DNA from: Cyanophora paradoxa CCMP329
Taxonomy: Eukaryota; Plantae; Glaucophyta
Assembly (NCBI GenBank): GCA_004431415.1
Contig: QPMI01000005.1
Location: 62,001 to 126,000 of the forward strand
DNA length: 64,000 nt
Reading direction: 5' to 3'
Shown: one piece after another, positions 13,101 through 36,705 of the stretch
Layout: each line of letters starts with the position of its first letter
Position numbering within the stretch: the stretch's first letter is position 1
Notes under the pieces: generated by a model
What the model was told of the DNA's origin: nothing
The model's input: the letters and a program-made list of their open reading frames with translations, nothing else
Databases searched by the model: none
Translations under genes and position numbers: made by a program

Positions 13101-14700
13101 CAGGCGGCAGGTCGAGACGCAGCGCGTCCGCAGGCAGGTCAGATCAGATCTGATTCATCTGAAGCGGCCCTCCCTGACGGCGCGCCCGGCCCCCCCCTTC
13201 TTCCTTCCTCAGGTGGTCGAGGACAGGCGCGCCGAGGAAGAGCGGAAGCAGGTCCCCCCCGCCGCTCCTCTACCCCGCCCTCCCCTCCCCCCGCTCGCTC
13301 ACGCCACTCGCCCCTTTCCCCGCGGCAGAGACAGCGGTACGAGAAGGCCGCCCACATCCGCAAACAGGTACCCAGGCCGCGGGGGAAGGGGGGCGGGGTC
13401 CCTAGGGGCTAGAGGGCGGGTGGCGGGGTAGCTCCCCGGGTACCATGAGCGGCAGCGGGGGCGGGGGTCCCTAGGGGGTAGGGGGCGGCGGGCCCTCGCT
13501 AGCAAGCTAAGCTGTACGCTCGGGCCCCGGGCGCCCCGCCCCGCCCCGACCCTCTCCTGCGGTCTAGGGGGAGGAGCGCTGAGACTTGCGTTGCTCTAAG
13601 CGCCGCGCTCCGCAGCCGGCGCCTAGGGGGACGTCTAGCTATATAGGCTAGGGGGACGCCCCGCCTGCCCGCCCTCCGCTCTCTGCTAGGGGCTCCCTGG
13701 GAGGCTCGACGTCCTTTTTCGGGCTTCTCGGCTTTTATTGGGGCCCTCTTTATAAATTAGGGGCGCGCCCGCTTTGATTTCTTTCAGGGCGCCGCCCGCT
13801 TTCTTTCCGGATCCTAGGCTGTCTGACGACGGCTGATTTCGACGTCGAGGGGGGGGGGGGAGGGAGGGGGGGGAGGGGGAGGGGCGGAAGGGGAGGGGGG
13901 GAGGGGGGGGAGGGGGGAGGGGGGGGAGGGGGGGGAGGGGGGGGAAGGGGGGGGAAGTCGGGGGGGAGGGGGGCCGGGGGCGGGTCGGCCACTCGAGGTG
14001 GGGACCCGCCCCGGCCCCCCCTATAGTGGCCGCCACTCGGGCCCCCCCCTGAAGCCCGTGCCGCGTCTCCTGAAGCACGTGCCGCCCCCCCGCCCCGGCC
14101 CCGCCCCCGCAGCCGGCCGGGGACTTAACGGGGACTTGATAACGTTATTGTTAGTAGAAAGGCGGAAGAAGAAGACTGACGCCCGCTCGCCTGCCCCCTT
14201 GAGAGGACATCGATTCTTGTTATTGTTATTGTTATTGAAGACTGACGCCCGCCCGCCCCGCGCTGCGCAGAGGCAGCAAGTCTTAGCGATGCACCAGCTG
14301 CAGGCCGGCCGACTTCTCCGGGGCCGTACCCCCCCCCCCGCCCCCCCCCCTCCTCTTCCGGACCTCCCTGGGGCGCCCGGGGCCCGGCCGCGCGGCACAA
14401 GTCGTCTCCACCCCCCCACCCCCCACCCACCTCCCCCGTCCCCCCACGTGCCCTCGGAGGCTAGGAGCCGGCAGTCTAGCCAACGTTTAACTCGCCCCCT
14501 GTCCTCCTCCTAGGCCTCCTCCTGCCCTAGCCTGCTGCCGCGCGCGCCCCCGGTCTCCAGGCGCCCTGGCTGACGAACGACTTGGCTCGGGCATGCGACG
14601 CAGGAGGCGCAGCGGCGGGAGGTGCTCGGGCGCTCCCTCGAGATGCGCCTCGACATGGCCGCCAAGCAGGTGCCGGCAAGGCCCAGACGAGTCCTGGGGC
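13101..14700 (+). pseudogene. Decayed fragments of the CCDC177-like gene fused behind the kinase copy
   Basis: 13105-13140 and 13210-13255 match ~40335-40410 (VETQRVRKQ...EEERKQ). 14240-14325 matches ~41850-41945 (RQQVF.MHQLQA). 14595-14700 matches ~42295-42410 (ATQEAQRREVLGRSLEMRLDMAAKQ). Introns are retained. Confidence 0.85.
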
Positions 14701-14899
14701 GGGCCGGGGCGGGCCGGGCCTAGCGTAGAGGGGCGGCCTAGCCTAGCCTAGTCCCGAGCCTCGTGGCCTCCAGAAGCCTTCTCCTCGGCCTCGAGGCCCT
14801 AGAATTTCTAGCTAGGGCTGGAGGCCCCTAGGCCAGCTTTTCATTAGCCTTCCTCCCCTAATGGCGGGCGCCGGGTGCGGGGGCCGCCGGGCGGCTTTT

Positions 14900-15196
14900 C
14901 TCGGAGGCTTTCGCGTCTTCGATCTCTGGATCTGGATCTTCGACTGTAGTCCCTCGTGCTCGCTCTCCTTATTTACTGCGCCCTCGTGCTCCTCGTCGTT
15001 CTAGTGTGACTAGTGTTGCTGCGCATGCGTCGACGTCCTTCAGTCTTTCTACTACTTCTCCTGGGCATCGTACTCGTTCTCCTTTGTGATTGGTTATGTT
15101 TTTGTGACTGTCTGCTATATTTTTTATTTGTGATTCCTCTGTTATCTCTTAATATTACTACCTACGGGGGGTTCGCCCCACCGTATACGTAGTCTC

Positions 15197-15203
<7 letters not shown>
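14900..15203 (+). mobile_element. 3' end of a non-LTR-retroelement-like repeat
   Basis: Ser/Pro/Arg-rich ORF end (SGSGSSTVVPRARSP...RTRSPL*), T-rich UTR, hairpin TACGG-GGGG-TTCG-CCCC-A-CCGTA, then GTAGTCTCTC-AAAAA. The terminal ~85 bp recur at ~36710-36813. Confidence 0.55.
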
Positions 15204-25053
<9,850 letters not shown>

Positions 25054-25504
25054 CTTCGAGACTCAAGCTTGCCTCAAGCTGGTGTGCAATTCCCGGAGTC
25101 CTGTGCCACACGCCGTGTGACCGTCGGACGGTGTATGCGTAACACGTTAAAACGTTGCGTATACGTAATCTGCCGCTAGCGCTGGCTCCGGGCCGGGAGT
25201 CCGGGACTCGGGAATCCCGGGATATCGATCCTAGCCGATTCCTAGGCCTGACGACGTACGCGTCGACGTCGACCGTCCGACGGTCGAACGTCGGACGCCG
25301 GCGAGTCGGCGGCCGGGCGCCGGCCTCGGAGTCCGGCCTCGGAGTCGCCGGCCGGCGACACCGCCGACACGTTACTCGATTCGCAATTGCAACGTTCAAC
25401 GCGTACGGTTAACGAATTCGAAATCGCATGCGCATGCGCAAGTTACCGCCGCAACTTACCGGGTTCTCGCCGAGAGTCGGACCGGTAACTCGGTGATTTA
25501 TGGG

Positions 25505-26030
25505 GTTGAGACTAGGCTTGCGGCCCTAGTCAAGCCGACTAGCTAGCCGGCTTGACTAGCGGCCCTCGGCCCGCGACTCTAGCCGCCCTCTTGGGACCGC
25601 TAGTCGGCTGGCCAGCCCGACTAGCGGGCCATCAGGCTAGCCGACTGGCCAGCCGGCGGCCAGCCGGGCCCCCCGGGGAGGGGCTACCCCGCAGATGGGG
25701 CACAGAAAGGGGGAAATCTGGCTGGGAAAGGGTGTAAAACTTGTGCTTTGGGGCCTCAAAAGAGTGTCACTGAGTCAAGTTGACGTTAAGGTGACTGCGA
25801 GCATATTTTCGCGTTCAAGAACACGATAGACGTGCTTTTCGCGGGACTAGAGGCGGCTAGAGGGGGGGGAAGAAGCCCGAAACTAGCTATAGCTAGCCGG
25901 CTAGTTAGGCGCCGAAGGCGCCACCGCTAGCCGAACTAGCTAGCGGCTAGAGCCAGGAGTCCGGGCGGCTTGACTTGACTAGAGCCGGGGGGGCTCCGAT
26001 CGCGAGCTAGTCGCAAGCCTAGTTGAGACT
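25505..26030. mobile_element. Possible MITE-like element with imperfect terminal inverted repeats
   Basis: actaggcttgcg...ctagtcaagccg (~25511-25537) versus cggcttgact..ctag...cgcaagcctagt (~25966-26023). No ORF and no clear TSD. Confidence 0.3.
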
Positions 26031-26199
26031 CTAGGCTAGCGCTCTAGCCGAGAGCCTCAGTACTACCGTGTAAGTTTGAATCATGACGTCGACGCCTGCA
26101 AAAGTTAAAGCCTTTTTTATCTTAACCTGTACCCCCACCGGCAAGGAGCCGGGTGAGAGCCTTCAGGCAATACCTAGTACTTCCAATGTGGTACTCATT

Positions 26200-29100
26200 T
26201 CAAGGATTGCTTATTTATAATTTAATTAGCTGTGGATTTAAATAGCCGAGAAGCTGAATTCTGAAATTTAGAGCCGCGGCAATTCTTAGGGGGTATACGT
26301 ATACGTAGGGCAAAACCGTGAACGGCCGCTTTTGCCGAAGTTGCATGGCGCGCGCCCGCGGCCCGCGCGGGCCGCGCCAATGCGGCGCCATATAGAAGAT
26401 ATCCGGGATCCGGATTCTTTGGATCTCCGGGCCGCGCTCCGCGCGGCCGGCCAAGGCTCGCCTTGCAGCCGCCGGCCTTTCATGCAATCAAGGGAGCTTA
26501 AGGAGGCGCTAATAAATAGAGAAAGGGGTAGCGCCTCATTGGGCCGCAGCTCAGCAGCAGCGCGGCTCCGAAGGAGGGCCGACCCAGAGGGGGCCTGGGG
26601 CCGGAAAAGGAAGACCACGTATTGCCTCGAGGGCGTGGTTGGGGAGGATATCTCTTCGCTCCCCGTGTGCCGGGGGGTACACGATTGCTGCCCGGGTACA
26701 CGAATCGCGCCCGCAGGGGTACGCTGATTCGAGGGGGGTACAGCGCCCTAAGCCAGGCAGGGGTTCGGGCCAGCATCAGCAACAGCTCATCGACTCGATA
26801 TGCACGGGGAATGCGAAGGGTGCCGGCCGCGGGATCCGACGCTGCGGATCCGAGCCAGACCCGATCGCGAGCTCGAGCTTCGATCCCCCGGCAAAGAATT
26901 GCCAGTGCGACGAGAGGGGGGCCCTCAAGGGCCCACGTACGCAGAGTGAACGTTAACGGTGAGCCCCAGGGCGCCGTCGGACGACAAGCCGTCGGGCTTC
27001 TAGCCGTCGTAGTACGTGGATCACGCATGCACAGTCGTGAACGGGGGCTGGCCGCTGCGGCGAGCGGAGAAGAGGCCTAGGCGGACTCAGGAATTCCAAG
27101 CTGGCGATCGAGCCTCGGACTCGGGGGCTGCGCCGCGTTCGCCAGGACGAGGTGGAGAGCGCCATGCACGTGGCGCGGCGCATCAATGGAGGATCGGCCC
27201 CGATTGCGAGCCGGCCATGCCGCAGTACTTCTGCAGCTGGTCTCGGGGACGCTAATGATCATGAGGAGCACGAGCCGGCGCCTTCGCGATAGGCGAGCCC
27301 AATCGCGAGCGTGAGGTGCACTTGCCACGGTGGGCCCGCTCTACAAAATAATTATATAAAATGTTTACGCCGCGCAGTGCGATGTCGACATTGATCCCCG
27401 CGCGATCGCAGAACGTTGGGACCGGGCGTAGATGAGAATATACATAGATGCAGCGCTAACAGTAGCACTGGTGCCGCCGCCCCGGACGGTGCCTTCGAAT
27501 TCGAGATTCTGCTGCAGAGGTACGTGACGGCTGCAGCTGCAGCTAGCGCTAGCGCTGCCTTCTGAAGTTCAGCCGTTGAGCTCTCAGTCGCAAATTGGGG
27601 CGGTTGTCGGCTGCGCCGCTCGCGCGCAGCGAAGGCCGCTGGGCCCGTGCATTCGCTGCTAGTGGCGTTCCAGCCACGTGCAAGCGGTTACGTTACGTAT
27701 GCCAAAGCCTTGAAGAGGCCTAGGGCCGTGAGCTCGAGGCCGGGTTAATATTAATTTTGCCAGACGCTGAGCCGCGGCTGAGACGCTGAGCACATATACA
27801 CACACGTAAACGTCATGATCAGGGGCGAGAGATCGAGGCCAACGCCGGCCGTCATAATCTCGAGGCTCGCAATCGTGATCGGCCGGTGCCCGCTGGGGTG
27901 CGCATGCGCATGCGAGGAGCGGACGGTCGATCGAAAAGCCGTCCAGGCGTGCTCGATGATTGCGCAAGCGAATAAGAATTTAGAATTCCGGCCGCGCGCG
28001 GCGCCGGTGGCCACGGCCGGCGCCGCCCGTCGGACGATAGTCGATGATCATGAAGGGATCGATATCCGCCCGTCGGAGGATAGCCGATATAGAGTCGATA
28101 GCCATGCCGACTCGCTCTCCGAGGCTCAAACGTACGTATGACTTAGTAGGTGTGCGAGAGGGCGAGAATTCGAAGGCCGGTTCCTTCAAGCAAGATTGAT
28201 CATGAGGTACCGCCTTGCGGCCCGGCGGCCTCGACGACGTCGACGTGACTGCCGGATACGAGGCGATCGATATCGCGTGGGCCGGTGTCATATAAGGCTC
28301 CGGATCCGTGCGCGTGTCGGGCAGCATATATATAAAGAGGACAGTCGGATCATGATGATCACCGGCATGCAGCTAGCACCGGCATTCATGTGCACATCTG
28401 TCCAACGGTCCCCATGATCATTCGAATTGATGATTTCTGGTGCTCGGCCTGGCGGGGAGCCAGCGCTCAACGCCAGAGGCGGGATTCGAAAGCGCAAGAG
28501 GTGGAGATCAAAGCTGTGGAAGGCCTAGCTATAGGGCAGCCGGGCGCCGGATATTAGTGGAAACCGCTGCAGCTGGCTTCGGGGGCCTGGCTGCATAGTT
28601 ACAGCTGCAGGGGCCATATGCATGGCCAAGGCTAAGGGTGCGACGGCCGCGCGGCGGCGGCGGCGGCCGGGGCGCCCGCTCAGCGGCTGTGAGTCTGTGA
28701 CTCAGCGATCGCGAGGGGCGAATTCAGATAATGAGCGTCGTGGCAACGTCGTAAATCCCAGCTGAGGGCCCGCCGAGCCGTGGTCCGGCCGCGAGCTCGA
28801 TCCGCGAGGGGCCGGCGCCGGGGTCTGACATTCGAAGGGGCCGGGGTCCTGCGGTATGCGCATGCATATGCATATGCGCAGCACGTCGATCATATGCCGC
28901 AGTGCCTCGGATTGCCTGCTTCGCGCTCGGGTGCGCAGCCGCAATTGCAATTTCCAGGCCCGGCCGATGAATTTGTTTTTGTTTTTTCCCCGAAAGATTC
29001 CAAAGTTCGCATTCATCGTTAGGAGACGTGTCCACGTCCCCCCGGGCCTCGCCGCGTAGGGCGAGCCAATATATCGTGAAGGCGCGCGTGACCATGCCAT

Positions 29101-30881
29101 GATGTACCCAAGCTGCGTAAAAGGTGGGCATGCACAGGTGGTCGCGAGACGCCGAAGCCTTGATCATGAAGGGCATGCGCAGGCCGCAGTTCCGACGAAG
29201 TTAATATTAGAGACGTCGACGCCGTAGCAAGATCAGTTGATCGCCAAGTAAATGCGAGTCGCGCTCAAATTATAAGCTCGCGATCGTTCCGAGCTCCGAG
29301 TTCGGCCCCCGCGTCGCACTGCAGCTGCGCCCGGCGCCGGAGTTCGAATCCGACTTGCGATCGTAATCGCAAGTAAATCTCACGGTAGCGATCGAGGGAG
29401 CGCGAGGCGGCGGAGGGCCGCGACCGGCGGCCGCGGTTTTTATAATTAAGCAGATAAGGGGCGGATGCCGGGGTTCGCCGGGCGTCATCTCTTTCGAAGT
29501 CGATCGCGAGGGGTGTTAGCGCTCGCAAACTTGGGTAGGGTACCGTTGGAGGCGGTCTTAATCATAATTATATAAACGGCACTTGTACCATGGCCAGCTG
29601 CAGGTTTGCAAATTGTGCGTGCTGGCGAAGCTGCGCATGCACTGCGGCAGCTGGCCATGGCCGGTCTGAAACTTGAAAGCTTTAAGGCGCTCACGCGCGC
29701 CTTAAAAACGTGCTCTAGCCATAGTACTGCGGCACTATTGCGCAGGGCCGCTTGAGGCGAGGTGGTGAGTGCGTATACTGCGGCACTATTGCGCGCGCCG
29801 TCTACATCTGAAGCCGCAGGTGGGCGAGCATGTACGTATGCATGTATACGTAATTTCGGGTTCGAGTGCGCAAGCGTGATGCGGGCTCCGCGGCCGGGAA
29901 CTTGATTTTGAGATGGCGCTCTAGCGGCTGGCGCCCGGCCGGTGCACGTGTCGAATTCGACGGCCGGTGCCGGTTTCGAATTTGCCAGCGCTTGCCGGCC
30001 GCCGGGCCCGGGAGGCGCGGTACCGGTTCCGGTTGAGAAAAAAAAATTTAATTGCAATTGCCGAACATGAAGATGAATCGATGCCGGTCGGCACTTATAA
30101 TTAGGAAAGATCGTCGGACCGCTGGCTCGAGCTCCGGTCCTGTCACAGGCTGTCAACAGATTGCATCGGTGCGGGCGCCGGCGCGGGCTCGCGCTCGAGC
30201 TAGTGCAGATCGCGAGGGGTGCTGGCGCCGTCTACTATAGTAGACGTATACGTAGAGCCTCGGCCACCGGCCGCTCGAGCTCCGCATGCGCAAAGTGAGG
30301 CCTAGGCCTAGAGAGAAGGAGGCCTAGGGCCGGCCCTAGGCTCGCGTGGGCAAGTCACCGGGTGTAATTAATATTGTATATATAATTTGGCGCGGAAGGC
30401 GCGCGCGACGTCGCCGAGCCTCGGAGGGTCGCGAGCGAGTCCTAACGGCGCGCGGCGCGGCGCCGGCCGTTCTGGCCGCGGCCGGCCGCGGGTGCGCGCG
30501 CGGAAGCCAAATGCGCGCCAGTCGTTGCCAAGTTGTACATGTTGCCGGTTGCGAAAATGATTCAATGATTTGAATATAAATTCGAAGTCGGCTCGGTCAA
30601 CAAATTCGCAACTATAGTACTCGAAAATTCGGCGATCGAGAATTAAAGCTCAACATGGCAATTGCAAGCTTGCAATTGCGTGCGGATCCGATGATCTGGA
30701 TCATACACGTGCACGCGTACGAGCAGCTGCAGGGCTAGCGCTAGCAATTGCAAGTACATTAAATATTGGAATCTGCATGCGCAGCTGCAGCGGCAGTGAT
30801 GTGAATGTTAACGTGGATGCATATGATCATGATCATGATCATGATCAGCGGCTTGAAGCTATTAAGCGGCTTGAAGCGTCG

Positions 30882-30959
<78 letters not shown>

Positions 30960-32600
30960 CGGGGCCCGGGCGGCCGCCGGGCCGGCGCTGCGCCGGCGGC
31001 CCGCGCGCGCGGCCGGCGCTGGCGGCCCGGCCGCGCGCTGTGGCAAGTCGAGATAAACTTCCGAAGTTCGGAATCAATTGCCGTATATGTACATGTCATG
31101 CATACTATGATATCGCGTATGCCATGCGCGCGCCGCGGCGCGCCGGGGGGCCGCCCGGCCGGGCCGCGCGCAGCGTTCCGAAGTTCGCTGTAGACTGGGA
31201 AGATCGTCGACGTAAGAAAGCATGTATATTGCGGGCCTCGGACATCGGCCGAGTGCTCTATTCCATTGGGTCACCGGATCGCTAGCGCCGGCCAAGTGTG
31301 CCCTTAAGCCTTCAGCTTCCGGATCCGAAAATATAGAATCCATGCTAGTCTGTGTTGGCCGCCGCCGCGTGCGTCATGACTTCTGCCTGCGATTGCAATG
31401 CGGCCCATGACCGGGCACTAACAACATGGAACCACATGACGGCGGCCACCGGAGGTGGAAGAGAAGAAAAGAAAAGAAGACTGTCCGGTCCACCTGCGCC
31501 GTTGGCGCCGAGAGAGAAAGAAAGAGCTCGAAGGAGCTAGAGAGGGCTCGAGGGAGCGCTCCGAAAAGAGAAACTGATGATAAGGGAATTCGATCGGAGA
31601 AGGGAGAACGCCAGCGCCGGGCGCCGTCGCCGGCGCTACAAGAGCTACGGAGGCCCAGCGCTAGCGGCCAGTAGCGGATGATAACGAAGGTCAGGGCGCG
31701 GCGCGGGGCGGCGCCTGAATCACGTGGTCGTTGGAGGTCCTGAGCACCGGCCGGTCCGGGCCGGATCCAGAAGGAACTCAGGCGAACTTCGTAGTCTGGC
31801 GGACTCTGAGGCGTGGGTGGAATCAGTACATCGTGCACCATAGGTCGTGCGCCACGGAGTCGCTTGCCGCGCTCGTGGCACAGGCGTATGGTCGGGCGTG
31901 CGCATGCGGACACGGCCGGGCGCGCGCGGTACCGTAGCACGTTGAGCGGACGGCCCGACCCGAGGCGGCGCTGAACGGGCCCGGGGCCTCCAGTCCTGGA
32001 ATGTGAACGACCGTGGTCGATTCGATCGAACGGGATCGAAAACCTTGATGGTGTGCCGCCGTAGAGCCGAACTTCGATCAAGAGGAATCGCTTCGAGCCT
32101 CCGGCCGCTACCCGGCCGTTCGGCCTGCCGAATCGGTGAATCTGTCGTAAAGTAGGCGATAGTGAGTCGCTCGTGTACGCGTGTGCGCGTGCGCGTGTGC
32201 CTGCGGCGAGCTGGATGCTGGGGGTGCCGCGTGCGGCGGTCGCGTGCGACCGTGGATGATCTGCGTCGTTATCGATGATCTGGATCTTCGTCGAACAGCG
32301 ATGATCTTCGGCCGCCGTCGTGAGGCGCCGGTGGTTGATGAGGCGTGACAACGATGGTCTCGGGGGCTCGCGGCCTGATGAGGCCATGCGCGAGGATGAT
32401 AAGTAAGGGCGCCGCTCGTGCCAGGAGGAGGCAGGTCGCGTGTTGCCGACGGCGCGACCTGCGTCCGCGTTGGCGGCGAGTCGGCGCGCTTCGACGACCT
32501 GCGAACGGTCGAGTCAGTGATCGAGTATCGTTCGGTGCACTGCTGATGCTGGCAATGCCCGGCTAAGACGAGGCTGTCGCTCCCGCGGGGTAGCGGCAAC
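26200..32600. other. Decayed, palindrome-saturated intergenic tract with exon-like remnants
   Basis: No reconstructable gene. There are short exon-like pieces and dense gatc/catg/tgca/cgcg/ttcgaa palindromes. Confidence 0.4.
30885..30956. repeat. (TA)n microsatellite
   Basis: Directly visible. Confidence 0.98.
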
Positions 32601-32849
32601 TGCGAGGGGCCCGGGGCGAGCCCCCGGGGGGTACGGCGGGCCGAAGGGCGAGGTTCGAGGTTGGCCGTTCGCGCTCCGCCGTCCCTCGCTCAAAGAAAAC
32701 AGATTACTCTCACGCGTTGCTGGAGTAATCAACTCTTCAGAGTTTCGGCAATTAATATTCCGGTTTGGGGCGAATTCGGCAATTTTACTACGCGGCAATT
32801 AATTTGCCATGCAAGTTGAGCAATCCTAGGCCTCGTATTCATTTTGTTT

Positions 32850-35200
32850 TGGTGAATTACCGGCCACAGTCTCTAGACACCAGCACTGCGGGGGCTGCCC
32901 AGGGGGCATAAAGACAAACTTGAAAAAAGCAAAATAACTAAGACAAGAGCACGAAGAAAGAAAAGACAAAGAGCCAAAATCGACAATAAAAAAGAAAAGA
33001 CACAGAGCTCGAGACAGATCGAGAAGCGACGATAAATCGAGCAGATCTAGGGACAGAGGATGACTGACACGAAGAATTCGAAGAGCCAGAGCTAGAGATA
33101 CCATCAATATCGGAAGGAATTACCGTAGTACATCACTATGAACCGGAGGACAAAATTGAGAAAGATAAATAACAGGAAGCAGACAAGTAAGAGGAATAAC
33201 AAGACGACGTGGAGGCGGAGGCGAAGCAGGACGATGCGAAAGGGCAGAGCGACGGCACGCGGTAGAGGACGACACAGGAGGCGGAGCAGGCGGATCAAGA
33301 GCAGGCAAAAGGACAGTCAAAGGAATCACTAAAGCCGGCCGGGGTCGAGGCGGGCAGTCGAACTGCAATCGACGGCGAACAACAGGTCGAGCTCGAGCAC
33401 GAGGACTATAGCTAGCAACAGGTCGAGCACGAGGACTATAGCTAGTATTGAAACTAACTCTAGAATCAACACTACGATCAGAATCCGAACCAGACCGAAC
33501 TAAACTAGAAGACGAAGTACGCCGGCGCCGGCGGGATACGACCAGCGAAGCAGAAGACGAAGGCAAAGGCGGCAGTCCGACGGTCCGGCCGTATCAAGAA
33601 CAAAGGCCGGAGGGTCCGGCCCGGCAAACCGCCGGAGGGAAGTAGAAGGAGACGCAGGCTCGGCAAGCCGGCGACGGGTACGACCACGAGTCCGGGAGGA
33701 GATCGGGGAATTCGAAGCCGGTCCCGGAGCTGAGGGCCCAGGAGCAGAGCCAGGAGAAGGTAAGCCCGGCGAGAAATCTGACCCGGAGCCGGAACCCAGC
33801 GAACGACGACGACGAAGAGGCCCCCGAGGAGCCACGACGGGGGAGCTACCGAGCAAAGTACTGACAGCCGGCGCCGAACACGGCGGCGGAGGTACCCCGC
33901 AGACAGTGGCAGGCGATCGAGAGATCCGCCGACGGGAACGCGGGGGAGGCCTACGAGACGGAAGAGGCGAGGAGGGAGCCGAGGAAGGGCCGGAGGCAGG
34001 GGAAGGGCCGCGAGCAGGTGACGGGGATCGCTGCCGGCGCCGAAGAGGGGGCAGCGAAGCAGGAGAAAGGTCGGGTGGCGCCGGATCAGACGACACGGGA
34101 GTCAGGGGCGGCGCAGAGAGAGACGAGCTCGAGGGCGCAAGGGCCCGACGAGGGCGCCGGCGGCGAATCTCACGAGCGCCAGGAAGCGGGATAGGACCCG
34201 CAGATGGGACCCGAGGCGCCGAAGGGGGAGCAGGGAGCCGGAATGACGGGCAGACCGAAAAGAGGACAGTCTCGCCAACACTCGGAAGCGGGGCAGAGGC
34301 CGTGGGCCCGGAGCTCGAGGGGGGGAGGGAGGGCGGAGGAGGAGAGAGAAGGCGGCTATTCGAAGGGTACGGAGAATCGAGAGCGGAGGCGAGGGAGGCC
34401 GAAGTGATGGCGAGCTCTGGAGGCGAGGGGGCCTGCAAGCGGACCCGGGAAAGTGGATGCAGACGCAAAGAGACCGGGGACGTAGTGGCGGGAGGGGCAT
34501 GCAAAAAGATAGTGCCGCCCCGCGTCACAGTTGCAGATCTAGAAGCGGGGGCCAGAAGGATGGGCTGAAGAGGGGGCTGAACCAGGAGGACGTCAGAAAG
34601 AGGGCCGCGCGTGGGCGGAAGTGGAGGAGCAAGGGGAAGAGGTAAGAAGGGGTACGGAGCTGCAAGATGACCAGGGACCTGCCGGGGAACAGGCAAGTGA
34701 AGAGGCCCCGTGACAGCAAGTTGTAAGGAGGGAGGAGGTAGAGGCGGGGCCAGCGGGCCAAGGAGCACAGGGATCGGGACCGCAGGGAATGGGGGAAAAG
34801 GAGCGTCGAGAGGGGCAGCGAGAGCAGGAATAGGAACGGGCCCAAGGGTCACTACAGGGGCCAGAGCAGAAGGGGATATCGATGGCGCAGGAGGCGGGCG
34901 ACCACCAGGGATCCCCAACGGGACATTCCCATGGCCACGAACGGCAAACTCCGCGGGATTCCGGAGGACAGAATCGATGTCACGCGCGCGAAGAGACGAG
35001 GTTGTCAGCACCGCCCGAAGAAGGAGCGCCGGGCGAGTCAGAATCAGAGCTTGAACTAGAACGATGAGAACCAGCACCAGACTCTGAATCATGTGCGTCA
35101 TCGTCCGAGGCAGCCTGATCATCAGCGTCAGCAGCAGCCAAGCGAGCGCGCCGCTCCTCCAACAAGGCCGAAGCCGTATTCAAGTTCGTCATCCATGCAC
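32850..35200 (-). mobile_element. Intronless Pro/Ser/Arg-rich ORF block with pyrimidine-rich 3' region; putative non-autonomous retroelement
   Basis: ORFs 34980-35192, 33500-35122 and 33120-33566 have no introns, unlike host genes. Strong purine/pyrimidine strand bias. TATATATA at ~35207-35215. 'tagtcctcgtgctcg' (SPRAR) resembles ~14947-14962. No RT or integrase motif was seen. Confidence 0.4.
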
Positions 35201-36705
35201 GGCGTTATATATATAAAAAGGGCCACTGACTTGCCGCGCGCGTCAGTTGGGTCCGGGGAAGGGCATTTAACCTCGGCGAATCCAAGATCTAGATGCAGAG
35301 GGCAGCTGCAGGGACTTAAGCTTAAGCTTAAGAAGGCGCGCGCACGGTGGCCGGGCGAGCCGCCGGGCCGGCTCCGGCCGAGGCTGGCCATGCCAGGCGA
35401 GCCCAGCGGCTTTCCTCGCGATCGAGGCGAGCTGTCCTCTTAGAGGTAGGCCTCATGATCAGGGCCTAGCGAGCTAGCTATAGCTATGTAAGGCGCGGGC
35501 CTTGGGAAGGGGGAGGGAACCTTGTCTGGCCATGGGCGTGCTCGAGCTCCTGCCAGGCTGCACATGCCCCGCGGCCGTCGCGCGCGTGAGGCGTGGCGGG
35601 TGCACGAGTGCGCATGTGCTGCGGCCGCGGGTGCACGTGCGTCACGGCGCCGGCGTGGCTATATAGCTAGGGGCTGGCCTAGGCCTCCGCGCGATCTGGG
35701 CGCGGGCGCGGGGACGCTGCTCAAGCTCACGTTCCGCTCAGAAAGCGGCGCAGCGGGCCAGCTCATGATCAGCGGCGCCGGCTGCAGCAGGCATGCGCAT
35801 CGCGCGCGCGCGGGGGCTCTGCGTCGCGCGGCGCGCGCGCCGCGCGGGCGTCGGCTTGTTGCAAGTGGCATAACCGGCCAAGTGCGGCCGGCTTGCGGCC
35901 GGCTTGTGCAATTGCGTCGGGGCGCGGTTGGCGCGGGTGAAGCGTGCGCGGCTGGCGCGGCTAGCCGCTGAGCCACAGCAAACTGCCGCGCGCGCGAGAG
36001 GCGTAACCATTGTTGAGCCGAGCCGAGCTGCGGCGCCCGGGGGAGAAAGCGGCCGGGGGGTACTTTAAGAGGTTTCTCAGGGTAAGTTCGCACTCTCCAA
36101 TGTGATTGGCTAGCGCGCGCGGCGTCCTCTCACGCGACCGCGTCAGCGCCCGGCCTCGCTCTTGCAGTACGGAATGTCGAACATGATGCGCGCAACGACC
36201 TCGAACTGGTCTGGCCCGTATATCTGCTCCCTGTGCGTCGCTGGACCCATTTTTGTCCCGGGTGTTGGTGCCTGTTCCTGGATCACCCTTTGGTCGGACG
36301 GGACCGGGAGACATGGTTTCGGGGTCCCCTGGGGATGCGCTTTCAGGGTGTACCGCGCGGCCCCGGTTTTGCGGAGGTCGGGGAAATGGGATTTGGGGTA
36401 AGGTTGGGCCCAAGGGACAGGGACAGGGGAAGTGTTTTACCCTTCCCCAATAATGATCCCTTTAATCCGATTTGTGATTACTAATTAAATTTGTTGTCTT
36501 TTTACATTCTGCCTATACGGGGGATTTAATAATTATAATTGCCCCACGTGCACATGAATCGTGACATGATCATGATCATGATCGTGCCCTTTATATAATT
36601 ATAATTACCGTGATCCCTCTTGATTAACTTATAAATTAGTACTAGTAATGTTAAAACGTTAAACGTTATGCCATGATGTATTTTGCAACTGTCGAGTATC
36701 TTTGA

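Noticed and set aside
26200-32600. Protein-coding genes in the decayed tract
   Set aside because: No consistent spliced frame or recognisable motif could be built.
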